Assembly: GCA_049700215.1 (NCBI GenBank)
Contig: JBNAVT010000022.1
Span: forward strand, 1 to 36,596
Reading direction: 5' to 3'
From: Thermoproteota archaeon
GTDB lineage: Archaea; Thermoproteota; EX4484-205; JAAOZP01
DNA length: 36,596 nt
A program made the translations under genes and the position numbers. Below are positions 27,057 to 36,594 of the stretch, piece after piece (within the stretch, counting starts at the first letter, position 1; every line of letters begins with the position of its first letter). A model generated the notes under the pieces. It worked only from the letters and a program-made list of their open reading frames with translations. It was not told where the DNA came from and ran no database searches.

Positions 27057-27671
27057 TTATTTAAAAGGTTTCTTTAAGCATGTTTTGTTTACAGGGCAAG
27101 CTTCACAGGCCTTTCTCCTACAGTATTCCAAGTTCAGCCTGACGAGTTGAGACTCTACTTCTCTAATCCTCTTCACCCCAAGCCTCCGGGCGGTTTCAAC
27201 AGCAAGTTTAGAGGGCTCGGGATCAGCTTTACTCCAGACGCCCCTCAGCTCTCTGAGAAAAATATTGACCCCCACCGGGCCGATTCCTCGGAAACTGGCG
27301 AGCAGCTCCTCCAGATGCTTAGATGATTCAGCTCTATGATGAACCTCGTCAATGCTTCCGAACCTTTCTAGAAGGCTCTTCGAAACATCCAGCAGGTTCG
27401 TGGCGGTTGAAAAATCATACCTAACGTACCCTCCTGAGTCGAGAACCTCCACCAGCTTGTGCCATCCTGCTTTGAGTATCGCCTCCGGCGTTACGAGGCC
27501 CTCCTCCTGAAACCTTTTGAAAGTCTTCTTAGCAACCTGGGATGATATTCTCCTGGCGAAGAGCATTGAGGCGAGAAACCATTTAAACCGGTCCCCGGGC
27601 TTATTCAAATCCAAGCCTAGCTCCTCAGAGTAAGTCTTAATCTTCCTCAGCCTTCTAATCGCAGCATCCAC
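27057..27671 (-). CDS. HhH-GPD superfamily (endonuclease III-like) protein with C-terminal 4-Cys motif
   Basis: KWFLASMLF, GYVRYD, HhH LASFRGIGPVGVNIFLRE, C-x4-C-x2-C-x5-C. GTG 27671 fits the TATA at about 27694-27699. Confidence 0.75.
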   Translation of the reverse strand: MDAAIRRLRKIKTYSEELGLDLNKPGDRFKWFLASMLFARRISSQVAKKTFKRFQEEGLVTPEAILKAGWHKLVEVLDSGGYVRYDFSTATNLLDVSKSLLERFGSIDEVHHRAESSKHLEELLASFRGIGPVGVNIFLRELRGVWSKADPEPSKLAVETARRLGVKRIREVESQLVRLNLEYCRRKACEACPVNKTCLKKPFK

Positions 27672-27751
27672 GTAGAAACAAGGAGTAGCAGAGTTTAAAG
27701 GTTTACTGCTGCTCAAAAACCTTGCCTACTGGAAGCAGGTTTTAAATCCCT

Positions 27752-28567
27752 CTAGAGCGAGCTTAAGATGCTTTTCAAGTACTGAACGTCCCTCTTGGTT
27801 TGCGTCACGATCTCGGCCAGCGGCAAATCGTATTCGCTGTGTATAGATACTGGACCCTTGAAGCCCGTTTCCCCAAGTATTTCGAAAACCGTTTTCCACG
27901 GAACCAGTCCTTCTCCCAGCGGGACTGTTTTCACCCGCCATCCTCCCTCTTCTTTAAACCAGCCGTAATCCTTTACGGAAACCATCCTTATTCTTCTGCT
28001 CAGAATATCCATGCCCATTAGCCATCCTGCTAAGCCTCCCTCCACAGCCATGTGGCCAGGATCCACGTAGACACCAACAAGATCCGGGTTAAACCCTTTC
28101 AGAATCAGCCATACGACGGCTGGCTCCGCAGACATGAACATTCCTGAATGAACATGTATCGCCGAAGTCACCCGGTACCTCCTGCTTAACTCCTGAATCT
28201 TTCTAAGCTCCCTACGTATTTCCCCCACTTGTCTCTGGAGAAAGCCGAAACCCCTGTACTGCCAGTAGCCCAGCTTCAAGTATTTCACCCCGTTTTCGAA
28301 AGCCGCCTTGAAAACTTCCTCAGCATACGGCTGGTTGACACTAGTTATTTCAGTAGTTATCATCGGTACTTTCAAGCCTTTAGACTCGAATATTCCAACA
28401 GCCTCCGGAAGCTTTTCCAGCGCTTCGCTTGGCTTAATGTAGCCGTTTGACCTGACCGTCAGGTCGACGCCTTCTAACCCTGTTTCCGCAACTAGTTCCG
28501 CAAACCCAGTTAAAGGAAGGGGCTGAAACATTTTTGAAAAAAGGATTAGCCGCATTGCTTTACTCAC
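27752..28567 (-). CDS. Sugar phosphate isomerase/epimerase (xylose isomerase-like TIM barrel)
   Basis: GLEGVDLTVR, HVHSG, DPGH, SVKD, VPLGEG.VPW, GPVSIHSEY. Confidence 0.88.
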   Translation of the reverse strand: MSKAMRLILFSKMFQPLPLTGFAELVAETGLEGVDLTVRSNGYIKPSEALEKLPEAVGIFESKGLKVPMITTEITSVNQPYAEEVFKAAFENGVKYLKLGYWQYRGFGFLQRQVGEIRRELRKIQELSRRYRVTSAIHVHSGMFMSAEPAVVWLILKGFNPDLVGVYVDPGHMAVEGGLAGWLMGMDILSRRIRMVSVKDYGWFKEEGGWRVKTVPLGEGLVPWKTVFEILGETGFKGPVSIHSEYDLPLAEIVTQTKRDVQYLKSILSSL

Positions 28568-28579
28568 CCTTTTCCAGCA

Positions 28580-29938
28580 TCAAAACCCCAGGCCGATCGT
28601 CCCGTTTAAGCATCCTGTTCTTATCCTCCCATCCTTGACGTTAAAAACCTGAGGAAACTTTTCCTGAACCTCTTTAAAGGCTGAGGGCAAGTATTGTCTA
28701 GCATTATACTCAACCCCCATTATCGGGTTTGTTCTGGCGGCAAACCCTGCTGAATGCACGAAAGCCAGACCCGGGCAGGTTAAATCCTGTATGCTGTAGG
28801 GTACTCCAAGCTCTTCTGCTTTAGCCACTAGAAGAAGAATGGAGCTTTGACACTTGCATGTTTTCAACGCTACCCCGGACCAGCCTAGCCTCATTGACAG
28901 GTCGAAGCTCCTCAGGTCAGTAATGCCCTCGTCCGCTAAAACAGGCTTTACTTCAGCAACCCTCCTCATGTTAAACATGTGTTTCTCAATATTCCGGCTA
29001 ACCGGCTGCTCGATGTAAAGGATTCTTTCAAAGGCTTCAGGAGCCTCCCTCCTGACTCTTCGCAAGTATTCTAAAACAGCCTCCGGAGAGGGGTGCATCT
29101 CGTTAGAATCCACGGACAGGTAGAAATCCTTCTTACCCTGCTTCCTCAGCGCTTCAGACACGACTTCAGCTACTTCTCTTGTTCGTTTCACATCCCAGTC
29201 TGTATCGTTGCCGCTGAGCTTAATCTTGAAGCAGAATACTCCCTCCTTCTCAATCCATTCCTCAAGACTCTCCGGTGAGTCCCCAGCACCCTCCAAACCC
29301 GTCTCTTTTCTTCTCAACTCATCCAGCCCGCCGACGAGATGAAAAACCGGGATTTCAGAGGAGTATTCAGGTTTAACGTAGTCAGTTATGTACTTATTCC
29401 TGAATTTTTCTCCAAGGTAAAAGCTCAAGTCGTGGCTGACATGCCTGGGACCATAACCTTCGTAGCTGCATATTTCGTTAACCTTTCCAAACCCGTCGTG
29501 AAGAGATGCGTCTATCGGGGAAACGGCCACTAAAGACGCGAGAACAGGAAGCTCCTCCTTAAGCCCCAGTTCTGAGGAAACCCTTCTAGCAATACTGGGT
29601 ATCTCCTCCTCGTGTCTTGCAAACCAGTCTATGGGATGCATGAAGCGGCTCCCAGCCTCTTTAACCAGAAGCTCACCGTAGCGTTCGGCAACAAGCTTCA
29701 TGGCTTCAAGTTTTTTCTCATGCGTTTCCCCGGTGCTTGGAAAAGCCCATTCACAGGCCAATGGCATGGATCCTAAGCCTAGGGACTCCTTCCCATTCCT
29801 GTTTTTAACCACGGTTGTTACTGTGAGTGAAGTGGACTCCTCCACTATGACACTGCCGAATTTCAGAGGAGTCTTAAGCCTCTGGCTGTTGTATTCGAAA
29901 CTTATTTCAACCGGCCGAATGTCAGAATCCTTGCCCAT
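28580..29938 (-). CDS. Enolase superfamily (mandelate racemase/muconate-lactonizing-like) enzyme of unknown substrate
   Basis: SPIDASLHD, KxK motif FKIKL, metal ligands in DSNE, IEQP and ADE, then ALKTCK. Confidence 0.82.
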   Translation of the reverse strand: MGKDSDIRPVEISFEYNSQRLKTPLKFGSVIVEESTSLTVTTVVKNRNGKESLGLGSMPLACEWAFPSTGETHEKKLEAMKLVAERYGELLVKEAGSRFMHPIDWFARHEEEIPSIARRVSSELGLKEELPVLASLVAVSPIDASLHDGFGKVNEICSYEGYGPRHVSHDLSFYLGEKFRNKYITDYVKPEYSSEIPVFHLVGGLDELRRKETGLEGAGDSPESLEEWIEKEGVFCFKIKLSGNDTDWDVKRTREVAEVVSEALRKQGKKDFYLSVDSNEMHPSPEAVLEYLRRVRREAPEAFERILYIEQPVSRNIEKHMFNMRRVAEVKPVLADEGITDLRSFDLSMRLGWSGVALKTCKCQSSILLLVAKAEELGVPYSIQDLTCPGLAFVHSAGFAARTNPIMGVEYNARQYLPSAFKEVQEKFPQVFNVKDGRIRTGCLNGTIGLGF

Positions 29939-29966
29939 TGCGAAGGCGACACTAGTCTCACACTCT

Positions 29967-30917
29967 TTAACCTTTCGCTGAAGCCTCCGAGAATTGTTTT
30001 TTCAAAGCTGCTTCCCTCGCTTCAGAAGCCCGCTTAAAATACTCCTCCCTTGTTTCTAGGCTGAACTCTTCAATAATGCTCCCCACAGTAGTCTCCCCTG
30101 CTTCGCAAGACATGAGGAACACTGCTTCCGGCCGAGCCACTTCAAACCAGATCTTTGAACCATACTTCTCCTTCACCCGATCCATTTTTTCCCAGTTGTA
30201 GTCCAGATGCAGAACCTCGTAGTCCAGGTTTATGTTGCAGCATATAACCGGCTGGTAGATGCTTGAAACAGCTAGAACCCTGCCCAGGGGGTTTATAATC
30301 ATGCTCCCCCTGTCGTCCGCTATTGAGGAAACCATGTAGACGCCATGGTTGAAGGCCCATGTCTTTAACTGTAGCCCTCCAGGATACATGGATGGGAAGA
30401 ACACTATCTTAACCCGGTTCTCGGCTAGGCCCTTGATAACGTCTTCGAAATTCAGGTCGAAACATATTGCTACACCGAATCTCCCAAGATCCAGTTCAAA
30501 CGACCGAGGCTCAACCCCTGGCGTAACGCCTGCTTCAATCTCCCACATCGTAGGGTGAATCTTATCATAGCTTCCAACATACTCCCCGTCCACACCTATT
30601 AAAACAGCCGAGTTGTAAATCTTATTGCCGCTTCTCCGCATCACCGGGAAGATTATGTTAACCCTGTTTTCCTCGGCGAAACGAGAGACCCTGGAGAAAA
30701 TGGTTCCAGGGATTTCCTCCGCGTTCTCAACCATCTCCTCCGCACTTAACCCGAGGAAGGGCGAGCATTCGGGCAGGCAGATTATATCCGGCTTGTCGAA
30801 AACAGCTTTCCTCAAGAGGCGGAGTATTTCCACCATATTGTTTTCTATTGTTTCACCGGCTGTTTTCCTCCTTATTCCTTTAAAAGTCACTGAGGCCACT
30901 CGAACATGCTTCGCCAA
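29967..30917 (-). CDS. Carbon-nitrogen hydrolase (nitrilase/amidase family)
   Basis: Glu-Lys-Cys triad: CLPE, YDKIHP, AICFDLNF. TTG 30917 is preceded by SD-like GGAGGG. Confidence 0.9.
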   Translation of the reverse strand: MAKHVRVASVTFKGIRRKTAGETIENNMVEILRLLRKAVFDKPDIICLPECSPFLGLSAEEMVENAEEIPGTIFSRVSRFAEENRVNIIFPVMRRSGNKIYNSAVLIGVDGEYVGSYDKIHPTMWEIEAGVTPGVEPRSFELDLGRFGVAICFDLNFEDVIKGLAENRVKIVFFPSMYPGGLQLKTWAFNHGVYMVSSIADDRGSMIINPLGRVLAVSSIYQPVICCNINLDYEVLHLDYNWEKMDRVKEKYGSKIWFEVARPEAVFLMSCEAGETTVGSIIEEFSLETREEYFKRASEAREAALKKQFSEASAKG

Positions 30918-30938
30918 CTTGACCCTCCACACACTCGT

Positions 30939-30962
30939 CTTACGATTTAAATATTGCTTACG
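30939..30962. promoter_or_regulatory. Candidate bidirectional promoter: palindromic TATA flanked by CTTACG direct repeats
   Basis: ATTTAAAT at 30945-30952 lies exactly midway between TTG 30917 (-) and ATG 30980 (+). CTTACG at 30939-30944 and 30957-30962. Confidence 0.5.
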
Positions 30963-30979
30963 TTTTTAGAAACACGGCT

Positions 30980-32002
30980 ATGAGTCTAAAGGATGGGAAA
31001 ATCAGGGTTTTGATAACAATACCGAGGAGCCTCTATAAGAGGGTCTCCAGTTTTGAAGACGAGGAGAGGCTCAAGTCTTTTGCGGAATGTGTTTTCAACC
31101 CGTTGGATAGGAATCTGAACGAGGAGGAGCTATCCAGGCTCATTGTCAACATGGATGGGTGTATTACTAGCTGGGGTTCTCCAAGGTTCACTGAAACAGT
31201 GTTGAATAACGCGAACAGGCTTAAAATCATAGGTCACGCTGCTGGAAGCGTTAAACCCTATGTGACAGACGAGGTTTTTAAGAAAGGGATAGTCGTTGTT
31301 AACGCTGTCTCGACAATAGCCAAGCCGGTGGCAGAGTTCACCCTAGCCATGATCCTGAACTGTTTAAGAGGAATACCAAAGTATATTGAGGCAATGAGGA
31401 GGAGAAACTGGGTTTACAGGGATCAGAGATGCTTTACGACTTGTGATTTGAACGGAAAGACAGTGGGAATAATAGGGTTTGGTGCAGTGGCTAGAGAACT
31501 GGTGAAGCTTCTTAAACCGTTTGAGGTCAGCCTAATGGTGTACGACCCCTACGTTGAGCCAAGCCAGGTGGCTGCTTTCGGAGCGAGAAAGGTTGATTTG
31601 AACGAGCTGCTCGCATGTTCAGACGTTGTGACCCTGCATGCTGCTTTAACCCCGGAGACCCGGCACATGTTCGGCGAGAAAGAGTTTAGACTCATGAAGC
31701 CTACAGCATTCTTGATAAATACTTCCAGAGGCTCGCTTATAGATGAGAATGCACTGGTTAAGGCTTTAAGGGAGAAACAGTTAGCGGGGGCGGCACTGGA
31801 TGTTTTTGAACAGGAGCCTTTGGAGAGCAATAGTCCACTGTATGATTTGGAAGACGTTTTTCTAACACCCCACATAGCGGGCGGGTCTGACGAGAGTATA
31901 AGCCAGTTGTTCGGCACAGTCGTCGAGGATTTTAAAAGATTCTTTTCAGGAGAGAAGCCTATTAACGAGGTGCCGTACGAGAAGCTTAAAATTCTTGCTT
32001 AA
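30980..32002 (+). CDS. D-isomer-specific 2-hydroxyacid dehydrogenase
   Basis: HAAGSVK, GIIGFGAVAR, YDPY, INTSRG, ALDVFEQEP, TPHIAG. T7 tract after the stop. Confidence 0.93.
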   Translation: MSLKDGKIRVLITIPRSLYKRVSSFEDEERLKSFAECVFNPLDRNLNEEELSRLIVNMDGCITSWGSPRFTETVLNNANRLKIIGHAAGSVKPYVTDEVFKKGIVVVNAVSTIAKPVAEFTLAMILNCLRGIPKYIEAMRRRNWVYRDQRCFTTCDLNGKTVGIIGFGAVARELVKLLKPFEVSLMVYDPYVEPSQVAAFGARKVDLNELLACSDVVTLHAALTPETRHMFGEKEFRLMKPTAFLINTSRGSLIDENALVKALREKQLAGAALDVFEQEPLESNSPLYDLEDVFLTPHIAGGSDESISQLFGTVVEDFKRFFSGEKPINEVPYEKLKILA

Positions 32003-32125
32003 TTTTTTTGGAAAACACTGCTTTAAGCATATTGAATCTTCCTTTGTTTTTCACGAGCGCATTATTTTCCATTGAAAAATAAACACTTAAATAAAAAGAC
32101 CGGATGACCCACTGTAAACCGGTTA

Positions 32126-32815
32126 ATGAGAAAAGGATTAGGCGCAGAGGATGTTGCGGTCTCCATCCTGGAGAAGCTTGGTTACACGGTCTTGGAAAAA
32201 AGGAAGCCCGTGATCGTCGGAGGAGTAAAGGTTGCTGAAATAGATATGGTCGCCAGGGACCAAGAGGGGGATGTTTTAGCGGTCGAGGTTAAGTCTGGAA
32301 AAGCCTCCGTTACTGATGTTAGACAGGTCTTCAGCAACTCTAAGCTTTTAAAAGTTAAGCCGCTCCTAGTCTGTAAAGGGTTTTCTGATGCTTCAGCGGC
32401 TAGCCTTGCTAGCGAGCTGGGTGTTAGATACATCCTTCTCCCAGAGTACTACCTTTTCACGTTTGAAGATTTTAAAGAGGTTTCGAAGGAGCTTATAAAT
32501 GACTTGTTGACAATGTACTTGTCGCTTGATGTTGAGGAGATTAGTAGCGAGGAGGAGAGAATAGTTGAGGCTATTGCGAGTTCGAACAGCTTTTCAGAAG
32601 CCTCTGCGAAGCTGAACACTTTAGAGGAGGAGCTTGGAAAAATAATCTCCAATATGAATGTTTTCAAGCCCGGGGATAAACAGGGCTTCAGCCAACTTAA
32701 GCTTAGAGCACTGCTCGTTAAAAATAGGCTTAACGATAAGAGACTGATCAAAAGCATTGAGCGTAAACTCGATACTCTTGAAAAGAAAATAGACGCTTTG
32801 AGAGATAAAAAATAA
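32126..32815 (+). CDS. PD-(D/E)XK nuclease (YraN/Mrr-like) with C-terminal helical and coiled-coil region
   Basis: GLGAEDVA..LEKLGY, EIDMVA, AVEVKSG, DVRQ; heptad-like tail IERKLDTLEKKIDAL. Confidence 0.8.
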   Translation: MRKGLGAEDVAVSILEKLGYTVLEKRKPVIVGGVKVAEIDMVARDQEGDVLAVEVKSGKASVTDVRQVFSNSKLLKVKPLLVCKGFSDASAASLASELGVRYILLPEYYLFTFEDFKEVSKELINDLLTMYLSLDVEEISSEEERIVEAIASSNSFSEASAKLNTLEEELGKIISNMNVFKPGDKQGFSQLKLRALLVKNRLNDKRLIKSIERKLDTLEKKIDALRDKK

Positions 32816-32819
32816 GGTT

Positions 32820-33509
32820 TTACTTTTCCTGCAGCTTCCTATGACAGAACCACCAGTCGAAGCATTCTAATTCGCCTGCTTTAGCCTTCTCGGCACGGTT
32901 TCTCGCCGTTTCCACGTCTCTTGCTGGCGGGATTATTACGCGGTCTCCAATCAGCTCGTTGTTCGGCCAGTTGGCAGGCATTGCAACACCATTCCTGTCA
33001 GATATCTGCATGGCTTCAACAGCTCTAAGTATTTCATCCATATTTCTCCCCAGCTCCTGAGGATAGTAGAGGATTATACGTATCTTCCCCTTATCGTCGA
33101 CAACGAATACTGCTCTAACCGTGTTGGTTCCCTTGCCCGGATGGATGAGCCCCAGCTTTTCAGCAACCTCGCCAGTGTCAGCGATTATCGGAAACTTTAT
33201 TTCAACACCCAGCTTCTCCCTTATCCACTCCATCCATTTAATGTGCGAGAAAACCTGATCGACGCTGAGACCGATTAACTCGCAGTTTAACGCTTTAAAC
33301 TTATCGTGTCTTTTCTGGAAGGCAACAAACTCCGTCGTGCAGACTGGAGTGAAGTCCGCAGGATGGCTGAACAGCACGAACCATTTTCCGGAGAAAGCCT
33401 TAGGAAGCTCTATGACCCCGTGTGTAGTTTGCACCTTCATCTCTGGAAAATCATCTCCTAGAAGAGGCATGCCTCTCTTTCTAATCTCGACAATTTTCTC
33501 TAATTTCTC
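32820..33509 (-). CDS. Peroxiredoxin (archaeal Prx6-class thioredoxin peroxidase)
   Basis: [29 protein letters not shown]-terminal CFDWWFC. SD GGAGGT before ATG 33509. Confidence 0.95.
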   Translation of the reverse strand, partial: EKLEKIVEIRKRGMPLLGDDFPEMKVQTTHGVIELPKAFSGKWFVLFSHPADFTPVCTTEFVAFQKRHDKFKALNCELIGLSVDQVFSHIKWMEWIREKLGVEIKFPIIADTGEVAEKLGLIHPGKGTNTVRAVFVVDDKGKIRIILYYPQELGRNMDEILRAVEAMQISDRNGVAMPANWPNNELIGDRVIIPPARDVETARNRAEKAKAGELECFDWWFCHRKLQEK

Positions 33510-33630
33510 CATTTTACCTCCATACAAATTACTCTGTCTTATATATAAAAACTTTTTTCGAAAAGGCAGAACAGTTTGAGAAAAATAGGAAGCGTAACAG
33601 CCTTTTACAGCTTGATCGCCAGATGCAGGC

Positions 33631-34590
33631 TCAAAACTGTTTCACCAGCCTCTTTAAGACTTGGACCGGAGGTTTTAAACCTATTTCTCTAAACGCTATA
33701 ATTAACGCTCCTACAGTAGGAGGGTATATGGGTCTCCTAACAGTAACCTTATTGTACTCTGATGAAAGATACTTCCGAATTCTTCTAACCAGTATGCCTG
33801 AATGACGGTTGAACATTCCTCCGACGAGGTAAATGTTCAACTCGTCTTCAGAGGTCAATCTCATCCGCCTAGCCACAGCCAGCAAGCCTCTTGAGAGAGA
33901 CAATGCAGCATTCTCAATTATGCTCCTGGCGACAACGTCCCCCTTCTCCGCCTCAGCTTTAACTATTTTTGCAAAGAGAGCTATACGCTCCTTCCTCATT
34001 TCGTGAACTCGTCTAGCCAACTCCTCCATGCTCCTAGCTTTGAAGAAACGCTTCGCCCTCTCCTCCAAGCTTGTCTCACTCCCTCTCCCGTCGTAAGACT
34101 GGAAAGCCGCTCTCAAAGCCTCTATTGCGACGGAGTATGCTCCACCCTCATCGTCAAAGACATGCCCCCAGCCACCAGCTCGGAAGAATAATCCTCCTGA
34201 AACACCTATAACTACTGAGCCCGTTCCAGCTATGACCACAATACCCTGCTTGTCAAACCCTAAGCAGGCTGCTGCAGCAGCCTCAACATCGCTTTTAATC
34301 AGGATTTTATCGGCCCTGATCTTCTCGCGAAACAGTTTCGCTAGTCTTCCACCTGCCGTCCAGGCTCCTGAGAGGCAGAGTGCAACGACTTCAGCTTCGT
34401 CACGCCCGATTTTCCTCAATGCCCCTTCAAACGCTTCCCTCACTGAAAAAAGGGTTGTTTCTGGGCCTGCGGAAAGAATGTTCGAAGGCCCGGATTTGCA
34501 TGCGGCGACACGCCAAGAACACGTCTCGACGGCGAGGCATCTGGTTGAGCTAGCACCCCCGTCTACACCGGCTATAACAATGTGTTTCAA
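33631..34590 (-). CDS. BadF/BadG/BcrA/BcrD-type ATPase, N-acetylglucosamine/N-acetylmuramate kinase-like
   Basis: [41 protein letters not shown]. 4-nt overlap with namZ. Confidence 0.88.
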   Translation of the reverse strand: MKHIVIAGVDGGASSTRCLAVETCSWRVAACKSGPSNILSAGPETTLFSVREAFEGALRKIGRDEAEVVALCLSGAWTAGGRLAKLFREKIRADKILIKSDVEAAAAACLGFDKQGIVVIAGTGSVVIGVSGGLFFRAGGWGHVFDDEGGAYSVAIEALRAAFQSYDGRGSETSLEERAKRFFKARSMEELARRVHEMRKERIALFAKIVKAEAEKGDVVARSIIENAALSLSRGLLAVARRMRLTSEDELNIYLVGGMFNRHSGILVRRIRKYLSSEYNKVTVRRPIYPPTVGALIIAFREIGLKPPVQVLKRLVKQF

Positions 34591-35735
34591 TCGTATAGAA
34601 GAATCCTTCTGATTCTGGCTTTAAACTTTTTTTGCTCCTCCCTCAGTTTTGAAACTATCTCCTCAACACTCATCCCGCTTAGGATGTTTCTCCTAGTCTC
34701 GCTGTCGCCGAGCAGCCTATCCATCTTTCCATGGTCGACTTCAAACTCCACAGGGTTAGTCTCCAGCACGGATTGAATAATGTGCACCGCGACCTTGAAA
34801 GGCCTGACTTCCTCCGGGTCTTGAACCAGCAGGTGGACCCCTCTGCAAACCTGCCCCTTATGCTTCGACGAGAAAGGTATAAACCTCGTCTCCATAACGA
34901 GACAATCCTTGCCCAGTCTTCTTTTCAACGTGGAAACAAGCTCCGCCGACTTAAGCCAGGGGGCGCCGAAGACTTCGAACGGCTTATACGTTCCCCTACC
35001 TTCAGACAGGTTCGTTGCTTCAAGCAGAACCATTCCGGAGTAGAGCAGCGCAGTTACTGGAGTAGGTATTGCAGGCGAAGGATACACCCAGGGGAGGCCT
35101 GTTTCACGATAGTGCATCATCCTGCTCCACCCGGACATTCTAACCACGTGAGGAGGCTTCAAACCCTTATCGTAAGCGTAGAGGAGGCAGAGTTCACCAG
35201 GAGTCATACCGTATCTGAGCGGAAGATAATACGGTCCGACGAATGATTCCAGACCCTTCTTCAAAACCGGCCCCTCAACAGTAAGACCCCCCAGCGGGTT
35301 AGGCCTGTCAAGAACCATGAAGCCGACGCTGTTCCTACAGGCTTCTTCAAAACAGTTAAGCATCGTCGATATGTAAGTGTAGGTTCTGCAACCAACGTCT
35401 TGAATATCGTAAACCAGCAGGTCTAGGTTCTCAAGAGCCTCAACGCTCGGCTTCCTCTGGGGGCCGTATAGGCTTTGAACCCTAACCCTGTTTAAAGAAA
35501 GGCTTTCAGACTCCACAGGCTCACCCGCAGCATAGGCCCCCCAAAGCCCGTGTTCAGGCGTAAAAATGGTTTTCACCCGTATCCCTTTCTCTAGGAACCG
35601 TAGGTAAGATGGCTCAAGGCTTCTCGTCACGGACGTGTGGTTTACAACCAGCCCGATGCTTAGGCCGGAGAGCCTTTCAAGCAGTGTTTCCCTCTTGAGA
35701 AGAACGTCTAGGCCAGGCTTAACCCTACTCGCCAA
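34587..35735 (-). CDS. namZ: Exo-beta-N-acetylmuramidase NamZ (DUF1343), no signal peptide
   Basis: GLVVNHTS, PEHG, SLYG, DIQDVGCRTYTY, VLDRPNP, RYGMTPGE, WVYPSP, SEGRGT..PFE..GAPW, DRLLG. Confidence 0.92.
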   Translation of the reverse strand: MASRVKPGLDVLLKRETLLERLSGLSIGLVVNHTSVTRSLEPSYLRFLEKGIRVKTIFTPEHGLWGAYAAGEPVESESLSLNRVRVQSLYGPQRKPSVEALENLDLLVYDIQDVGCRTYTYISTMLNCFEEACRNSVGFMVLDRPNPLGGLTVEGPVLKKGLESFVGPYYLPLRYGMTPGELCLLYAYDKGLKPPHVVRMSGWSRMMHYRETGLPWVYPSPAIPTPVTALLYSGMVLLEATNLSEGRGTYKPFEVFGAPWLKSAELVSTLKRRLGKDCLVMETRFIPFSSKHKGQVCRGVHLLVQDPEEVRPFKVAVHIIQSVLETNPVEFEVDHGKMDRLLGDSETRRNILSGMSVEEIVSKLREEQKKFKARIRRILLYD

Positions 35736-35736
35736 A

Positions 35737-36450
35737 CTACTCGCCCAGGAGGCTTTTTCTCCTTATCCTCTTAACACCCCAGTCTCCGAATGTCATGAAG
35801 GCTTCCGCGTACTTGAAACCGACTTCAAGCCCCCTGATTCTTTTCAAGCAGGAATAGTAATCCACGTAGTTGAACCCGCTGTACTTTCCAGAGGTAAAAT
35901 CGTAAGTCTTAATCACATCCAAGTATTTTTCGAAAACATTGCTGACGTCGACATAAACCTCCGGCTGAAAGCCCTGCGGGTCCTCCCAGTTCTCCGGGTA
36001 GTAAAGCTCTACCGGCTCGCCGTGTTTCCCCTCCGCCCCCTGTTCTCCCGTGAAGCGTTCGAAAGCCTGTATAGCGAGAAGGTGGCATGCAAGATGATCA
36101 GGATGATAGCTTCCCTTCCAGTGCATCAGGATCGCGTCAGGCGTGAACTCTAAAATAGCCTTATACATCTTCACCTTAACCTCCTCAGCATCATAGGGTA
36201 CGCCCTCGACACACCCTAAGAAAACGGCTTCGGCATTCAGCTTCCTGGATGCTTCTAAAGCCTGTTTAACCCTTATTTCAGCATACTCCTCCGCGGAGAG
36301 CCCCGGCGGCCGGGCCCATTTGCCGGACGGCTTAAACATGTGGAGTATTAGACACCTCCCCCCGTCCTCAGCGTTCTGCAGAATTGTCCCGCCCGCCGTG
36401 ATTTCAACATCCCCAGTGTGGGCACTGAACGCGAGTATTTTAATGCCCAA
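35737..36450 (-). CDS. PIG-L/LmbE family N-acetyl-sugar deacetylase
   Basis: AHTGD (variant of AHPDD), AGG, HWKGSYHPDH, YVDVS, YAEAF. SD GGAGGGTGAT upstream. Confidence 0.88.
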   Translation of the reverse strand: MGIKILAFSAHTGDVEITAGGTILQNAEDGGRCLILHMFKPSGKWARPPGLSAEEYAEIRVKQALEASRKLNAEAVFLGCVEGVPYDAEEVKVKMYKAILEFTPDAILMHWKGSYHPDHLACHLLAIQAFERFTGEQGAEGKHGEPVELYYPENWEDPQGFQPEVYVDVSNVFEKYLDVIKTYDFTSGKYSGFNYVDYYSCLKRIRGLEVGFKYAEAFMTFGDWGVKRIRRKSLLGE

Positions 36451-36456
36451 GGGTGA

Positions 36457-36594
36457 TCACCCTCCTTCAAGACTCTTGGCGAAAACCGCGAACCTCCGGG
36501 TCTCAGACATGCCGTTCCTAACGTAGAAACTGTAGTTTCTCCCACCACCCCAAGCCAGCCAAGCATTCTTACCGCCGAGAGACTGGATAAGCCT
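36457..36594 (-). CDS. C-terminus of an upstream operon gene, probably a GNAT acetyltransferase (truncated by the window edge)
   Basis: Manual translation RLIQSLGGKNAWLAWGGGRNYSFYVRNGMSETRRFAVFAKSLEGG* has a GNAT-like 'FY..NG' end and stops 6 nt before the PIG-L start. Confidence 0.5.
   Translation of the reverse strand, partial: RLIQSLGGKNAWLAWGGGRNYSFYVRNGMSETRRFAVFAKSLEGG

Noticed and set aside
36348-36566. 72-aa minus-strand ORF in the track
   Set aside because: Wrong frame. It overlaps the PIG-L gene, whereas another frame ends cleanly at 36457 with a GNAT-like tail.
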